64,000 nucleotides of DNA from Nitrosopumilus sp. (GCA_965197525.1 OZ240211.1:448001-512000), one strand, 5' to 3'. Positions 10,318-21,215 are shown, counted from the first letter of the stretch. Notes: a model not told the origin generated them from the letters alone. Program-made: numbers and translations.

Positions 10318-10656
10318 CTAGTTTAGATCAGATGCGTCAACTTTTCCGACAAATACCTTGTTATCCATTATTACTATAGGACGCAGAATCAACCCAGGGT
10401 ATTGTACCATTAGCTTGATTATCTGGGTATCTGATTTGACAGATTCATCCAAACCAAGTTCTTTGTACATTTTATCTCGTTTTCTTAAAAGTTCTGAGGG
10501 GGTTTTGCCTGTCATCTGAATTATCTTTCCAAGCTCTTGCTCTGAGAACGGATCCTTGAAGAAATCTCTTGTTTGGATGTCCAGATTCATTCGTTGAATT
10601 TCTGTTATCGCTTTTTTACATGTGATACATTGAGTCTTGTGGAATATTTTTTTCAA
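10318..10656 (-). CDS. ArsC/Spx-family (glutaredoxin-like) protein
   Basis: N-terminal CITCKKA; C-terminal YPGLILRPIV. Confidence 0.85.
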   Translation of the reverse strand: MKKIFHKTQCITCKKAITEIQRMNLDIQTRDFFKDPFSEQELGKIIQMTGKTPSELLRKRDKMYKELGLDESVKSDTQIIKLMVQYPGLILRPIVIMDNKVFVGKVDASDLN

Positions 10657-10891
10657 TGCGATTCATTGATACAATCTGAATAGACACTAAAAATTGTTTA
10701 TATGGCAGACATGTAAACGCAGGTTCTGCTGAAATTCTCCTTAGTGCTCCAAGACAGACAGGTAGCTGAACTGCCAGACAGAAGACGTGCTTGCCAGAAC
10801 GCAATCCGTTAAGAAAACCCAGACTACAAGGCACAAACATCATATAAATATAGAAAAAATTCAAATTCTACTTTGGTATACTAGTAACAGG

Positions 10892-11026
10892 ATGATTTGT
10901 GCTGCATGTGAGACAAGAAAGCATTTTGAATGTATAGATTGTATGAATAATCACAGTACTCATTTATGCAGCTGTGATTGTCATGATGAGAACACCAAAC
11001 CCCATACAGTAAAAAGAGAGCATTAG
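10892..11026 (+). CDS. Small Cys/His-rich protein (44 aa), putative metal-binding
   Basis: MICAACETRKHFECIDCMNNHSTHLCSCDCHDENTKPHTVKREH, with 7 Cys. ATG 10892 is preferred over the track's TTG at 10787. Confidence 0.6.
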   Translation: MICAACETRKHFECIDCMNNHSTHLCSCDCHDENTKPHTVKREH

Positions 11027-11030
11027 ACAG

Positions 11031-11705
11031 TCAGTTCTTGAACTTTCTTTCAATCTCAGAGGCCATTAGTTCTAGACGGCTAGTATCACCCAATTTTCGA
11101 TAGGTTAATTTTTCAAGAGTCTTGATAATGCTAATAGCCGATCGGTATTGCGGGATTCCGGGATCATTTAACTCGCCATACATGCCAATTCCTTGAATAT
11201 CATTCTTTTTGGCAAAGCCTAGAATCAATCCATTAAATCCTGTAATTACTGATTTAGGAGTCATCTCTACATCCAAATTTTTTATTTGATCAGTTAACTG
11301 CATGGATGTTGTAGTAATGAATGTCTTGGGTTTATTGCCAAATATTCGATTCGTGTGAAGCCCTCCCAACGTATAGATAAATTTTACAGAGTGTTTTTTT
11401 GCAACATCAATGACATCTTGGCACAAGTCATACAAATCTGTTATTTGTGGCTGACCTTTACCGCCTCCAAATACTATCAAATCATCTGTGTATTTGTATT
11501 CCCAACACTCATCAGGGAGATCAATGTATCCGCCCCTATCCAAAACATATGTAGGAGATAATGTTCGTGCAGTTCTAAATGTATGGGTTCCAAGAGAGCT
11601 ATTGATAAAATTAATTACAATGTTTCCAACATTGCCCATATCCTGCATAGCAGCAATTAGTATGGGTTTCTGTACGTCAGGCTCTACATTTTGGGCAAAC
11701 TCCAT
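11031..11705 (-). CDS. PAC2-family proteasome assembly chaperone-like protein
   Basis: PILIAAMQDMGNVG, IYTLGG, ITGFNGLILG and GIGMYGE motifs typical of archaeal PAC2. Confidence 0.85.
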   Translation of the reverse strand: MEFAQNVEPDVQKPILIAAMQDMGNVGNIVINFINSSLGTHTFRTARTLSPTYVLDRGGYIDLPDECWEYKYTDDLIVFGGGKGQPQITDLYDLCQDVIDVAKKHSVKFIYTLGGLHTNRIFGNKPKTFITTTSMQLTDQIKNLDVEMTPKSVITGFNGLILGFAKKNDIQGIGMYGELNDPGIPQYRSAISIIKTLEKLTYRKLGDTSRLELMASEIERKFKN

Positions 11706-12122
11706 ATGACATAATAGAATTTAACAAAGTTTAAACTTACTGCAAGATATAGTAGTGTTTTTTATTATGTGATACTTGTTGTGTTAACGTTATTCAGTTG
11801 GCATAGATGACTGCTGTTATTTATCACTATTTTATGAAATTTGATAATCAAATAATTTCTTATAGAAGAAGAAAAGGATGCACTATTTGAGAGTTTTTTT
11901 AGTTGATTTGTCTAATAGTGTTGATAATAGCTACAGTACCGGCACTAGCCGCTACCGAATATGCACCTCACATACAGTGATATAATATAACTATCAAAAA
12001 ATTATTCCTTAAAACTTGACAACTACTCTTATTTTAACTCTTGTGGCAACCCGATTTGCGTTTTAATGTAAATCTGCAAATATCAAGATTCATAAGGCAA
12101 AAAAAATTTCTAATGACAAATT

Positions 12123-13846
12123 ATGGAGATCAACGCAGAAAATATTGGCACACTGGAGTATGTGCTGGACAAATACTCAAAGATCTGGTGCTGGAAGATT
12201 ACAGGTGAGCGTGCAGTGAGCATGATATCAAGACTTGTTCCCGAAGCTTGGTATGGTGAGAGTATCAACGAAGTGATAATTCCAGATACGGTTGAGAGTG
12301 TCAAGCAGTTAAAACTCATAATGGAGCGATATCCGCTAACGATTTTGTCAAAGTCAGCATGGCAACGAAAGATTGTAAAGACATATGACCCAAAGCCTGC
12401 AATGCCGCTTGTCAAGTTAAGCTGAAACGTGCAAAAGCAGGTGAACAGTTCAGAGGAAAGTTATTGAACTTTCAAAAAGAGGGACTAGACTTTCTAATAA
12501 AATCATCAGGTAATGCACTGTTAGCAGATGAGATGGGACTTGGAAAGACCGTACAGACATTGGCTTATGCTGCAACAGAAAAGCAGACGTTTCCCATACT
12601 AGTCGTAGCTCCGCTAGTCACATTAAACAATTGGGAGCGAGAGATTGAAAAATTTCTAAAGAAAAAGAGCAGGAATGGAAGAATCGTAGATGCGGAATCC
12701 CCTAGTGTGACAATTATACGAACAGGAAAGTCGCAAGAACTGCCAAAGACTGACATCTACATTATCAACTATGAATTGCTCTTCAAGAGGAAAGATGACC
12801 TGTCAAAACTTGGAATAAAAACAATAGTATGTGACGAGGTACACAATCTACGATCAAAGACTACACAGAAATACAAGGCAGTAAAGAAACTAGCGGCGTT
12901 GCCTGCAATTAGGTACAGAATCGGTCTTTCAGGTACCCCAATTTACAATCGTGGTTCAGAGATATGGCCAATAATTGACATAATAAAACCAGGTCTGTTA
13001 GGAAATTTTAAAGAATTTTGTGAGTACTTTTGTTATGTCAATGATAAGGGCAAGGCAATAGTACTAGAGAATAAACGAGCATCACTTAGAAACGAGCTAC
13101 AAAAGCATGTAATGCTGCGAAGAAAAAAGTCAGATGTTCTAAAAGAGCTTAAAGACAAAGTCAGATACAAAGAGATCATAGCAGCTGACACGGACTACTA
13201 TCTAGAAGAGTTAGATAAGATATGGAAAAAGGTAGAGACGGAACAAAAAGATGCGGATAGCGAGTTCTCAAAATCGGCATCATACTATAGAGCAATACAA
13301 AGTGAGAGACAGATTGCAGGTATTGCAAAACTACCGCATGTAATCAATTTCGTTAAAAACATCATGGAGATTGAAGAGAGTGTAGTGGTGTTCTGCCACC
13401 ACAAAGTGATTCACAAGTTACTCCATGAAAGTCTGCAAGAATTCTCACCTGTATCAATTATTGGAGGGCAGTCAGATCCACAAAGACAGGAGAACATTGA
13501 CAAATTCCAAAAAGGCGAATCAAAACTAATGATCGCAGGAATTCGTGCAGGTAATGTTGGAATCAATCTCACAAAGGCCAAATACGTCATATTTTCAGAA
13601 CTTGATTGGAGTCCGGCCATTCACAGACAGGCAGAAGACAGGCTGCATAGAATAGGTCAAAAGAATACAGTATTTGCATATTATTTGATCGGAAGCGGTA
13701 CGCTAGATGACCATGTGGCAGACATACTAGTGGACAAGAGTTATGAGATTGATGAGATTATGGATGAAACAGTAGACAGTTATGAGAACAAAGACAAGGC
13801 AGAACTTATCTTGGCACAAATACAAGACAAGGTTCGTTCAAAATAG
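12123..13846 (+). pseudogene. SNF2-family helicase split by a 1-bp frameshift near 12415-12420 (574 aa if repaired)
   Basis: ORF 12123-12425 ends; another frame reads KLKRAKAGEQFRGKLLNFQKEG directly into ORF 12464 (LADEMGLGKT, CDEVH, ELDWSP, QAEDRLHRIGQ). Span 1724 nt, +1 = 575 codons. May be a sequencing error. Confidence 0.8.
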
Positions 13847-13896
13847 TACTATGGACAACAACGAATATCTACACAAGCGTTCATAATTCAAAACAA

Positions 13897-14514
13897 TTAG
13901 ATTTTCAACTGGTCCTTTAGTTGGTACAACTTTGCAAGGATTGAATCTTTCTCTAGTTGATTAAACTCCATATCCCGAATCTCCTGTACTATCTCGTCTA
14001 TCTTAGATAGGATCTCTACTTGGGGTTTTATCGCATCAGTTGCAATATTGGCAAAACCGTCTACATCCGTTTTGTCTATACGTTGCACGCCTTTGGGTAA
14101 GATTTCAAAAACTTTTACCAGTCTTTCCTCTTGTCTTTGCGGCGACATTAACACAAACTGGTTCTTTCGCAACTCTTCGATATGTAGTACAATGTCATCG
14201 TGAGGAATCTTTAGAATATTAACAATTTGTTGTATAGTACATGACTTTATCTGTAATAGCCTCAGTATCTTTGCCCAAACAGGAATGTTCTTACTCCATA
14301 GAATCTCGCGAGCAGTATCAGTAATGGAAAATGAGCCGTCAGAGCTGTTTAATGTTAACATCTGTCTATCTTTGAGTGTAGCAAGACAGTCCAAAAGTTT
14401 GCCAACACCTAGTCTTTTCAACTCAGAGTGTTCTAAATGATTTTCATTGAATGCGCCATTTTGATTAATTGCCAGATGCAAGATCTCAAGATCTATTGTG
14501 CCCAATCTCCGCAT
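13897..14514 (-). CDS. Hypothetical protein, possible winged-helix domains
   Basis: 205-aa ORF with host-like composition; no diagnostic motif. Confidence 0.7.
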   Translation of the reverse strand: MRRLGTIDLEILHLAINQNGAFNENHLEHSELKRLGVGKLLDCLATLKDRQMLTLNSSDGSFSITDTAREILWSKNIPVWAKILRLLQIKSCTIQQIVNILKIPHDDIVLHIEELRKNQFVLMSPQRQEERLVKVFEILPKGVQRIDKTDVDGFANIATDAIKPQVEILSKIDEIVQEIRDMEFNQLEKDSILAKLYQLKDQLKI

Positions 14515-14789
14515 ACCGTTATGGCAGTATCAATATTTATCACTCTTTCTACCAGGCAATCTTTGCAAATAAAGATAAACGCGGTACCCGAATATGTCAT
14601 TGGAATTCATAAAAAAGAACGCCTCTTACATCCTAACAGATTTACAAAAAGATGATACTATTATGATGATGATAATTATGATGCATCTCTCCTCTGATTA
14701 TTATATCAAACATAAACATCACTGTAGCCGTCATAAATGCATCTAAAGACCGTACTATCATAGTAACAACACAAGTCCTTGAAGAATAT

Positions 14790-15437
14790 ATGAGGACCGG
14801 AATAATCTTGCTTGTGGTACAATATGAACTCCCAAGACTGCATTTTGGATATGAAGAGTTAGAGCCATTCATAGATAAAGAGACGATGCGGATTCATCAT
14901 CAAAAGCACCATCAGGAGTATGTTGACGGATTAAACAACACGCTTGAGGATATAAAAGGCACAGCGCACCCTCAATACATCTCATCAATTCTGAGTAATT
15001 TAGATACAATACCTGAATCAGGACGGGGGGCGATTAACTTTTTTGGAGGAGGGTTTGAGAATCACAGACTATTCTGGGAAACTATTACGCCTGATGGCAA
15101 AAAGCGGCCAAAAGGAGTGTTAGAGGATGCAATGGACATTTATTATAATTCTTTTGAGAATTTTAAAGAGATTTTTTCTAAAAAAGCGTTAGATATTCAA
15201 GGAAGTGGATGGTGCTGGCTGGTCTTCAATGAGACATATCATAAGATTGAGATCGTCACAACAAGAGACCATGACAGCCCATGGACCATCCAAAAATATC
15301 CTTTACTAGGATTGGATGTTTGGGAGCATGCATACTATTTACAATACCAGAACAGAAGATATGACTATATCAAAGCATGGTGGAATGTCATCAACTGGGA
15401 TTATGTGGAGAATAGATTTTCAGAATTTGCAAAATAA
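14790..15437 (+). CDS. sod: Fe/Mn superoxide dismutase
   Basis: YELPRL, HHQKHH, NHRLFW, GSGWCWL and DVWEHAYY signature; true start may be slightly downstream (GTG ~14815). Confidence 0.95.
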   Translation: MRTGIILLVVQYELPRLHFGYEELEPFIDKETMRIHHQKHHQEYVDGLNNTLEDIKGTAHPQYISSILSNLDTIPESGRGAINFFGGGFENHRLFWETITPDGKKRPKGVLEDAMDIYYNSFENFKEIFSKKALDIQGSGWCWLVFNETYHKIEIVTTRDHDSPWTIQKYPLLGLDVWEHAYYLQYQNRRYDYIKAWWNVINWDYVENRFSEFAK

Positions 15438-15679
15438 TAAAACAAAATATAGCACGATTTTGAAAGCCAACATAAATCTTCATAAATGATGATAAGTGAC
15501 GTCCAAATTATATCAGAATAATCAACAATCGTATCAGAATGCCATAGGTAGTATAGATGTCAGATGGCTGTTGTATGAATAATTCTAATTGATCTATAGT
15601 TTGTGTATTAACTAATAGCGCAATTATTAAAATGACGTATTGAAATCGTTTATAAAAATAGATATACGCTTAATGGTAA

Positions 15680-15994
15680 ATGAATAGGAAAATTGTATTG
15701 GGTATATTACTAGTGATAGCAGTACTATTCATTGCATCGAATTTACTTGATAGTATAACTGAGAATAATGATGATAATGACGGATCCAACATGTTTGTTA
15801 ATCGCATCGATTCAGAACAACCAGGAGATGATTGCCGTGAGTTAATATTTAGCGAAGATGAAAACAGTTGGATAGAATCAACAAATTCATTTGATGTTAC
15901 TATTAACGAGTGTGATGAAAAATTCCAAGAGTGTTATGCAAAGACAGGTAATGTTTACGTAGAACTTGTACAATGCTATAACGACATTCCATGA
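15680..15994 (+). CDS. Hypothetical membrane-anchored or secreted protein
   Basis: N-terminal hydrophobic helix, acidic body with 3 Cys. Confidence 0.65.
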   Translation: MNRKIVLGILLVIAVLFIASNLLDSITENNDDNDGSNMFVNRIDSEQPGDDCRELIFSEDENSWIESTNSFDVTINECDEKFQECYAKTGNVYVELVQCYNDIP

Positions 15995-16146
15995 TGATAG
16001 CATGTGAATTATGTATCAGAGGGTATCCATTGCGTAGAAGTATTGTAAAATTATAAACAAAAGGTCATGGTACATAGCATCAAGAGATCTTAAACAGCAA
16101 AGATGTCAGATATATGATTATCATAAGCGATTAATGATTTGAGAGC

Positions 16147-16305
16147 ATGCAAAGAATGGAGAAGAGAGAAGGAAAGAGGAAACTATCGAACCAACGCATC
16201 TGCAAGACAAAGAAGTGTTATTGTAATTGCCCATTTGTTGATCTATTCAGGTAAAATCAAATTTTTTGTTGTCATTGTGAACACTTTACATTTGTTAAAT
16301 TATAA
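16147..16305 (+). pseudogene. Small Cys-rich protein (52 codons) with an internal TAA
   Basis: MQRMEKREGKRKLSNQRICKTKKCYCNCPFVDLFR*NQIFCCHCEHFTFVKL; stop at 16252-16254 splits two Cys clusters. Confidence 0.5.
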
Positions 16306-16374
16306 GACAAAATTATTATAAATATTAAGAGAATGAGCTGTATGATTTATCTTTGATCACGAATATGTTATAAC

Positions 16375-16749
16375 ATGAGCGTTACAGGTATGTATATTCT
16401 AAACTCAAAAGAGTACGATACAGAAAAAATTCACCAAGCCATTGAGATGTTATTTGTTGATAGAAAAAACGAGTTTCATGAACTAGCTGGTGTACTGTTG
16501 AATGAAAGAGTATATCAAAGCATACCAAATTGGAGAGAGTTTGTATTAAACTTTAGTCTAGATGTAGAGGAATCCTTCAAGACATGGTCAGGGCAAACTC
16601 CACTAGAAATAAAATCTCCACAAAAGGCACTAACACTGTTAAGACAGTTAGGACACGATATGACATCTATGAATCAACTTGCACATCTATTAAATTTATC
16701 ATACAACATTTCACTTGAATTCAAAGAGATCTATAGACGTCTAAAATAA
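16375..16749 (+). CDS. Hypothetical protein
   Basis: 124-aa ORF with AT-rich upstream region and normal composition. Confidence 0.75.
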   Translation: MSVTGMYILNSKEYDTEKIHQAIEMLFVDRKNEFHELAGVLLNERVYQSIPNWREFVLNFSLDVEESFKTWSGQTPLEIKSPQKALTLLRQLGHDMTSMNQLAHLLNLSYNISLEFKEIYRRLK

Positions 16750-17375
16750 TAGAAAAAATATTTTTCTTTCGTGTGTTATCAACTGCATTATAAAAAGCTG
16801 AATATGTCTGTTTGAAATACTCGCATACTGATGATGGAAGAATTAGATCTGAGCGCAAAAACAGATATTTGATTGATTGATGATGAATATACAACCTCGA
16901 AATCAAAAACATGTACAAACGCATTATTCATTTCATTATTACAGCGAGTTATCAAAAGATTTTTTCAAGCTAATGGTCGTTCCAAATTAAAACAAACAGA
17001 TTTAGTTACAATACATTTAAAACAGTTAAAAGATTTCACAGATCTACATCTTGATTATTATACTATTATACACATTTATCGATATTGATGCTTTAGTTTC
17101 ATTTGACAATACCACTATCTGTTTTTTATTTAAATAGATTTATTACAAATTGAATGTGTGATGATTTGGAATTTGTAATAATAACACATACTAGTGATTT
17201 GCTTTGATATGATATGACAGATTAGAGAGATTACAATAGATGTAAATCCATGCTATCGTGCAATAACAGAGAGCAATCAATATAAGAGCAAAGCCAATAC
17301 AAAGTTCAACGGAGGCATAAATAAACGTAGAACAGATGCTTTCAGGCAATACAGCATACGAAATCTAACAAAATA

Positions 17376-17660
17376 ATGGTTTTTATTTACAACATAATTA
17401 TCTCTTACATGGACTTTATGCTTGAAGAAGAATTGTTGGATTTGATGACATTTTGTCTTCAGAATCCGGATTCTACAGAGATGCAAACTAAATACAAAAG
17501 AATTACAGAGATAGGTCACGAGCTATACAACGACGGCGGCATTGATGCGTTAGAGAACTTTTTTTTCGTAGTTAAAAATCGAATTACAGAAGAAATAAAA
17601 AAAGATCCGTCCCCAATGCGTTACCTGTGGAACGGCATCACTGAAGAATGGAAGTACTAG
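17376..17660 (+). CDS. Hypothetical protein (likely start ATG 17409 or 17418)
   Basis: Globular-looking sequence from MDFMLEEELLD; stop overlaps that of the convergent gene. Confidence 0.7.
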   Translation: MVFIYNIIISYMDFMLEEELLDLMTFCLQNPDSTEMQTKYKRITEIGHELYNDGGIDALENFFFVVKNRITEEIKKDPSPMRYLWNGITEEWKY

Positions 17661-17821
17661 GCGTTTACTGTAACGTCTATTCCTTTACCAATTCTAAAAA
17701 TAGCAGTATTGCATGTAGGGCATGTGCCTTTGATTGCAGGTTTGCCATTTTTCATGGTGTATGGTGAAGTGCCACTCATCTCTCGCTTATCTCGACACTT
17801 TACACAATATCCTATGGTCAT
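17657..17821 (-). CDS. DUF5679-like zinc-ribbon micro-protein (54 aa)
   Basis: MTIGYCVKCRDKREMSGTSPYTMKNGKPAIKGTCPTCNTAIFRIGKGIDVTVNA: CxxC...KNG...KGxCPxC; below the track's size cut-off. Confidence 0.85.
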   Translation of the reverse strand: MTIGYCVKCRDKREMSGTSPYTMKNGKPAIKGTCPTCNTAIFRIGKGIDVTVNA

Positions 17822-18034
17822 ACCTATTATAGGTTAAAGCCATATTAGCGAGAATAAGTTGAATTTTGTTCACTATTAGATAAATATCTGAAACGATTTA
17901 TCATGATATAATATAGTGTTTATGTTGTTATTGACATAAATAATGAATGATAAATAGACAAAGACGACAAAATATAAAAGATTTTCAGAAAAAAGACAAA
18001 TTTTTGGTATTTGTAAGGAAAACAAAACGCAGTA

Positions 18035-18583
18035 TTAACTGACATTGATTTGAAGAGTGACCTTTTCAGATAATGCATTATGATTTGCCAAATCTTCCCA
18101 GACAAATATGTCAATAGTATATTGGCCTAGCTTGTCAGGTGTCCATGACAGTGACGAAGTAAATGTTTTGGCAGGTGCAGATTCACCACCTATCCAAGAT
18201 AGCGATACAACCACTCCCTGTTCATCTTTTATTTGAACAATATATACAAATCCTTGAGTTATGTCTTGATTGTTTGTCATAGTTGAGGATATATTCACTT
18301 GTTGATTCACATTTACATTATCAACAACAGATGCTCCCAACGCATTGACCAAATTTGTGTCGTCTATGGTTACTCGCTGTAGATCAGTTAATGCAAATGC
18401 AAGAGGAGCTACATCAATGACGCCGGTAACAGATGACATCAGCGATGGTAAAGAGAGAGATAAAGACAAGGGAGAGGTAGAGGTAGAAGATATAGAAGAG
18501 GTAGAAGGCGATAGTAATAACAATGAGGATAGAAGTACTAGTCCTGCAATTGATGCCAGTAATGGCACATTTCGAATTGGCAT
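18035..18583 (-). CDS. Secreted protein with a single Ig-like domain
   Basis: Signal-like N-terminus with Ser/Leu-rich spacer; beta-rich body ending GQYTIDIFVWE...LSEKVTLQINV. Confidence 0.75.
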   Translation of the reverse strand: MPIRNVPLLASIAGLVLLSSLLLLSPSTSSISSTSTSPLSLSLSLPSLMSSVTGVIDVAPLAFALTDLQRVTIDDTNLVNALGASVVDNVNVNQQVNISSTMTNNQDITQGFVYIVQIKDEQGVVVSLSWIGGESAPAKTFTSSLSWTPDKLGQYTIDIFVWEDLANHNALSEKVTLQINVS

Positions 18584-18824
18584 ATTTTTTAAGATATTTT
18601 TTAGTTACTAAAGCGTTTCTGCGATAACAGAATAATTGATGGCACGTAGACGATGATTCAAAATTATACATAAATATTTCAGATAAAACAGAAACAGAGG
18701 CATTGTGTTTGGGAACAAGTACAACAGTACTTGGATTTTAGTGATCGAATCAAAATAAAAACAAGATGACAGAATTAACAACTTGGAAATTGGAGAGTAG
18801 AGTTAAATTGCAAGCATAGAAAAT

Positions 18825-20141
18825 TCAGAGTTTGACTCGATAATAATCCCATCGTTCAGGATCAAACAATGTAACAAATTCGGCCTCTTCTTTATCGACT
18901 CGTGCCCGTATAACATCACGTAATGCAAAACTTGTCAGATACTTGTACTTTAAAGAATGCGATTGGAGAACGAACATATGGCGCATCTCACTGCCGCCTT
19001 TTAATCCCCAATATCCCATCTTTAGGGCCAAGGGTTCTAAAAAGATTGTATTCTTTAGACCATGATTTTCATCATGTATCTCATCGCGTAGATTATAATT
19101 TTCTAGTGGCCCGCCTTTAGCAAATCCTACAATCTCACCATCCTTATCATTCAATCTTAATGTATTAAGAACAACACATGGATCTTTGACAGATTTGGCA
19201 AAATTTTCTCTCTCAAACTGCAGTGGTGTTGGTAGTTCCAAAAATATATCATATAGAGTCTTGATGAAATCTGGATCGTTTCGCGTAGAGGCAGATTCGA
19301 TTGTGGGGATCAGTTTAAGATCATTATACAGATAATTAGATTGAATTGTAATCTCTTGTTGTCGAATTTTCATAAACGATAACACAGTATCAAAAAAAAT
19401 TTTTTTCATATTACTTGGGAAGGAATTAAGAATTTTGAGGGTCATACTCGATTCTTTGCTTAACAACTCTTCAAAATACGCAACTGCACTTCTAACAATT
19501 AAAGAAGGTTTCCAAGCAAGTGCATGGGCGTTCATCTTTGCCATCTCCATAGATTTAGAAAAATCACCGAGAGCATAACCGCCAATTCTGTCAACTACAG
19601 ACAGATACCAACCTATATCCATAATATGCTGTTGGTATTGGAGATCATTCCGTGTCAGATCGGAATGGTTAAAAGATTTTTGAATGTGTGTCTCTGCCTC
19701 ATCTCTTACAGTACCACTCCAAGGATACGTTGTTCTTAAAATCAATACAGACAGAATATCAAGATCTATATCTGCCATATCAAGCAGACAGGATAGTTTT
19801 TTATCCATGTAGATAAATTTTAAAACACTTTCTTCGTGAGGTTTGTCCACATGTTTTTGGGGATCAAAGTCGTGAAACAACGCTGCAGCATACAAATGCT
19901 TGATGTCATTATCAGTGAATTGCATTGTGTCTGGAGTAGCAGCTAAAAGTGATACATATGTTACCTCAAGTTCATGGTTAATATTGTGATATCCATAATA
20001 CTCTGTACCAAGACCATTAGTCTCAAACAAGTCAATAGTATAGTCTAACATCTGAACATAACAGTCATTGTTTAGCTTTCTTTGTACCATTAAATTGAGA
20101 ATTTTATCTCGCATCAAATGAGTATTTACAAGTCTTTGCAC
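18825..20141 (-). CDS. HD-domain protein
   Basis: YHNINH...ALFHDFD...VVDRIGGY, the HD phosphohydrolase pattern. Confidence 0.8.
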   Translation of the reverse strand: MQRLVNTHLMRDKILNLMVQRKLNNDCYVQMLDYTIDLFETNGLGTEYYGYHNINHELEVTYVSLLAATPDTMQFTDNDIKHLYAAALFHDFDPQKHVDKPHEESVLKFIYMDKKLSCLLDMADIDLDILSVLILRTTYPWSGTVRDEAETHIQKSFNHSDLTRNDLQYQQHIMDIGWYLSVVDRIGGYALGDFSKSMEMAKMNAHALAWKPSLIVRSAVAYFEELLSKESSMTLKILNSFPSNMKKIFFDTVLSFMKIRQQEITIQSNYLYNDLKLIPTIESASTRNDPDFIKTLYDIFLELPTPLQFERENFAKSVKDPCVVLNTLRLNDKDGEIVGFAKGGPLENYNLRDEIHDENHGLKNTIFLEPLALKMGYWGLKGGSEMRHMFVLQSHSLKYKYLTSFALRDVIRARVDKEEAEFVTLFDPERWDYYRVKL

Positions 20142-20246
20142 TACAATTTAGTTAAAATTAATGTTTTTAAATATGATCACTGCAAATTTCATAAAAATCC
20201 ATACCTGCTGGAAAGATTCAAAAGAATTGTAATGAAGTGATTTTTA

Positions 20247-20666
20247 ATGTCCTTTGACGCGGATTTGTTAGAACGACTAATAGAGCATAACAGAGAAGAT
20301 TCTTCTAATTATCAGATATACATCAACGACAGCAGATATATGATAAATGATGTTAATATTGTAAATTCTCAGATACCAGTGAACAAACCCACCACTCGTG
20401 GAGGCGTATATTTTTCAGATAAATTTGCGTACAAGATGAATGGTAAGATAAGTGATCTATCAGTGGTGCCATTGTTAACAGAGCATATGTTAGGTCCCAA
20501 TACAGAGTTTGGTAAACTAAAGATTACAGTACAGATACCATTGTCGCCGTCATCGTCGCAAAAATCCACAACACTTGAGATATCAACTAATCTTATAAAC
20601 AGTGTTCAGACTAGTGATTTTATTGAACTATACATGATTATTGTAAACATAGAGTCAATTAGTTGA
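20247..20666 (+). CDS. Hypothetical protein
   Basis: 139-aa ORF converging on and overlapping the J-domain gene. Confidence 0.7.
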   Translation: MSFDADLLERLIEHNREDSSNYQIYINDSRYMINDVNIVNSQIPVNKPTTRGGVYFSDKFAYKMNGKISDLSVVPLLTEHMLGPNTEFGKLKITVQIPLSPSSSQKSTTLEISTNLINSVQTSDFIELYMIIVNIESIS

Positions 20667-21215
20667 TTTGTAGTATTTATCATATCTTGCTCTACGCTCT
20701 TTATCTGAGAGTACCTCGTATGCCTTGTTTAATTCTGCCATATCATCCTCAGAATCTTCTTTTGTTTTATCTGGATGTGTCTTCATTGCACGTTCTCGGA
20801 ATTTTTTCTTTATCTCATCATGTGTAGCGTCAAAAGATACGCCAATTATACCATAATAGTCAGGTAGTTCTTGATTAGTTGCAGCATTACGAAATTCTTT
20901 ATCCTCTACTGTATTCTTTCTTTGACCTAATTCTTCATAGTCATCACCCCAATCTGAATGGTATTTTTCAAAGGTTCTATCTTTCTTTGATTCTAGATTA
21001 TCACCTTTATCATACGAGGTCTTTCGTCTAAATATTATGTCTCGTGCCAAAAACAGAAAGATGATTACAACTGACACTGCAAAACTTGTAAAGATGATTA
21101 CATGCTGCTCATCAGTGACTGCAAGTTCTCTATCTGGAATGTCATTTTGTGCATGAACCACAGGCAATCCCACAAACACCATTGCATAGAGCAGAAAAAT
21201 ACAGAATCGTTTCAT
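20655..21215 (-). CDS. Membrane-anchored J-domain (DnaJ-like) protein
   Basis: Two N-terminal hydrophobic segments; DYYGIIGV...THPDK...LNKAYEVLSD...RARYD. Confidence 0.88.
   Translation of the reverse strand: MKRFCIFLLYAMVFVGLPVVHAQNDIPDRELAVTDEQHVIIFTSFAVSVVIIFLFLARDIIFRRKTSYDKGDNLESKKDRTFEKYHSDWGDDYEELGQRKNTVEDKEFRNAATNQELPDYYGIIGVSFDATHDEIKKKFRERAMKTHPDKTKEDSEDDMAELNKAYEVLSDKERRARYDKYYKSTN

Noticed and set aside
10722-10739. ggttctgctgaaattctc as a fourth TIR end
   Set aside because: Needs a gap plus mismatches, with no partner or TSD; possible but not supportable alone.
16800-17350. Short ORFs 16873-17088, 16721-16924 and 17277-17519
   Set aside because: AT-rich, no motif in any frame; possibly a decayed gene but unidentifiable.
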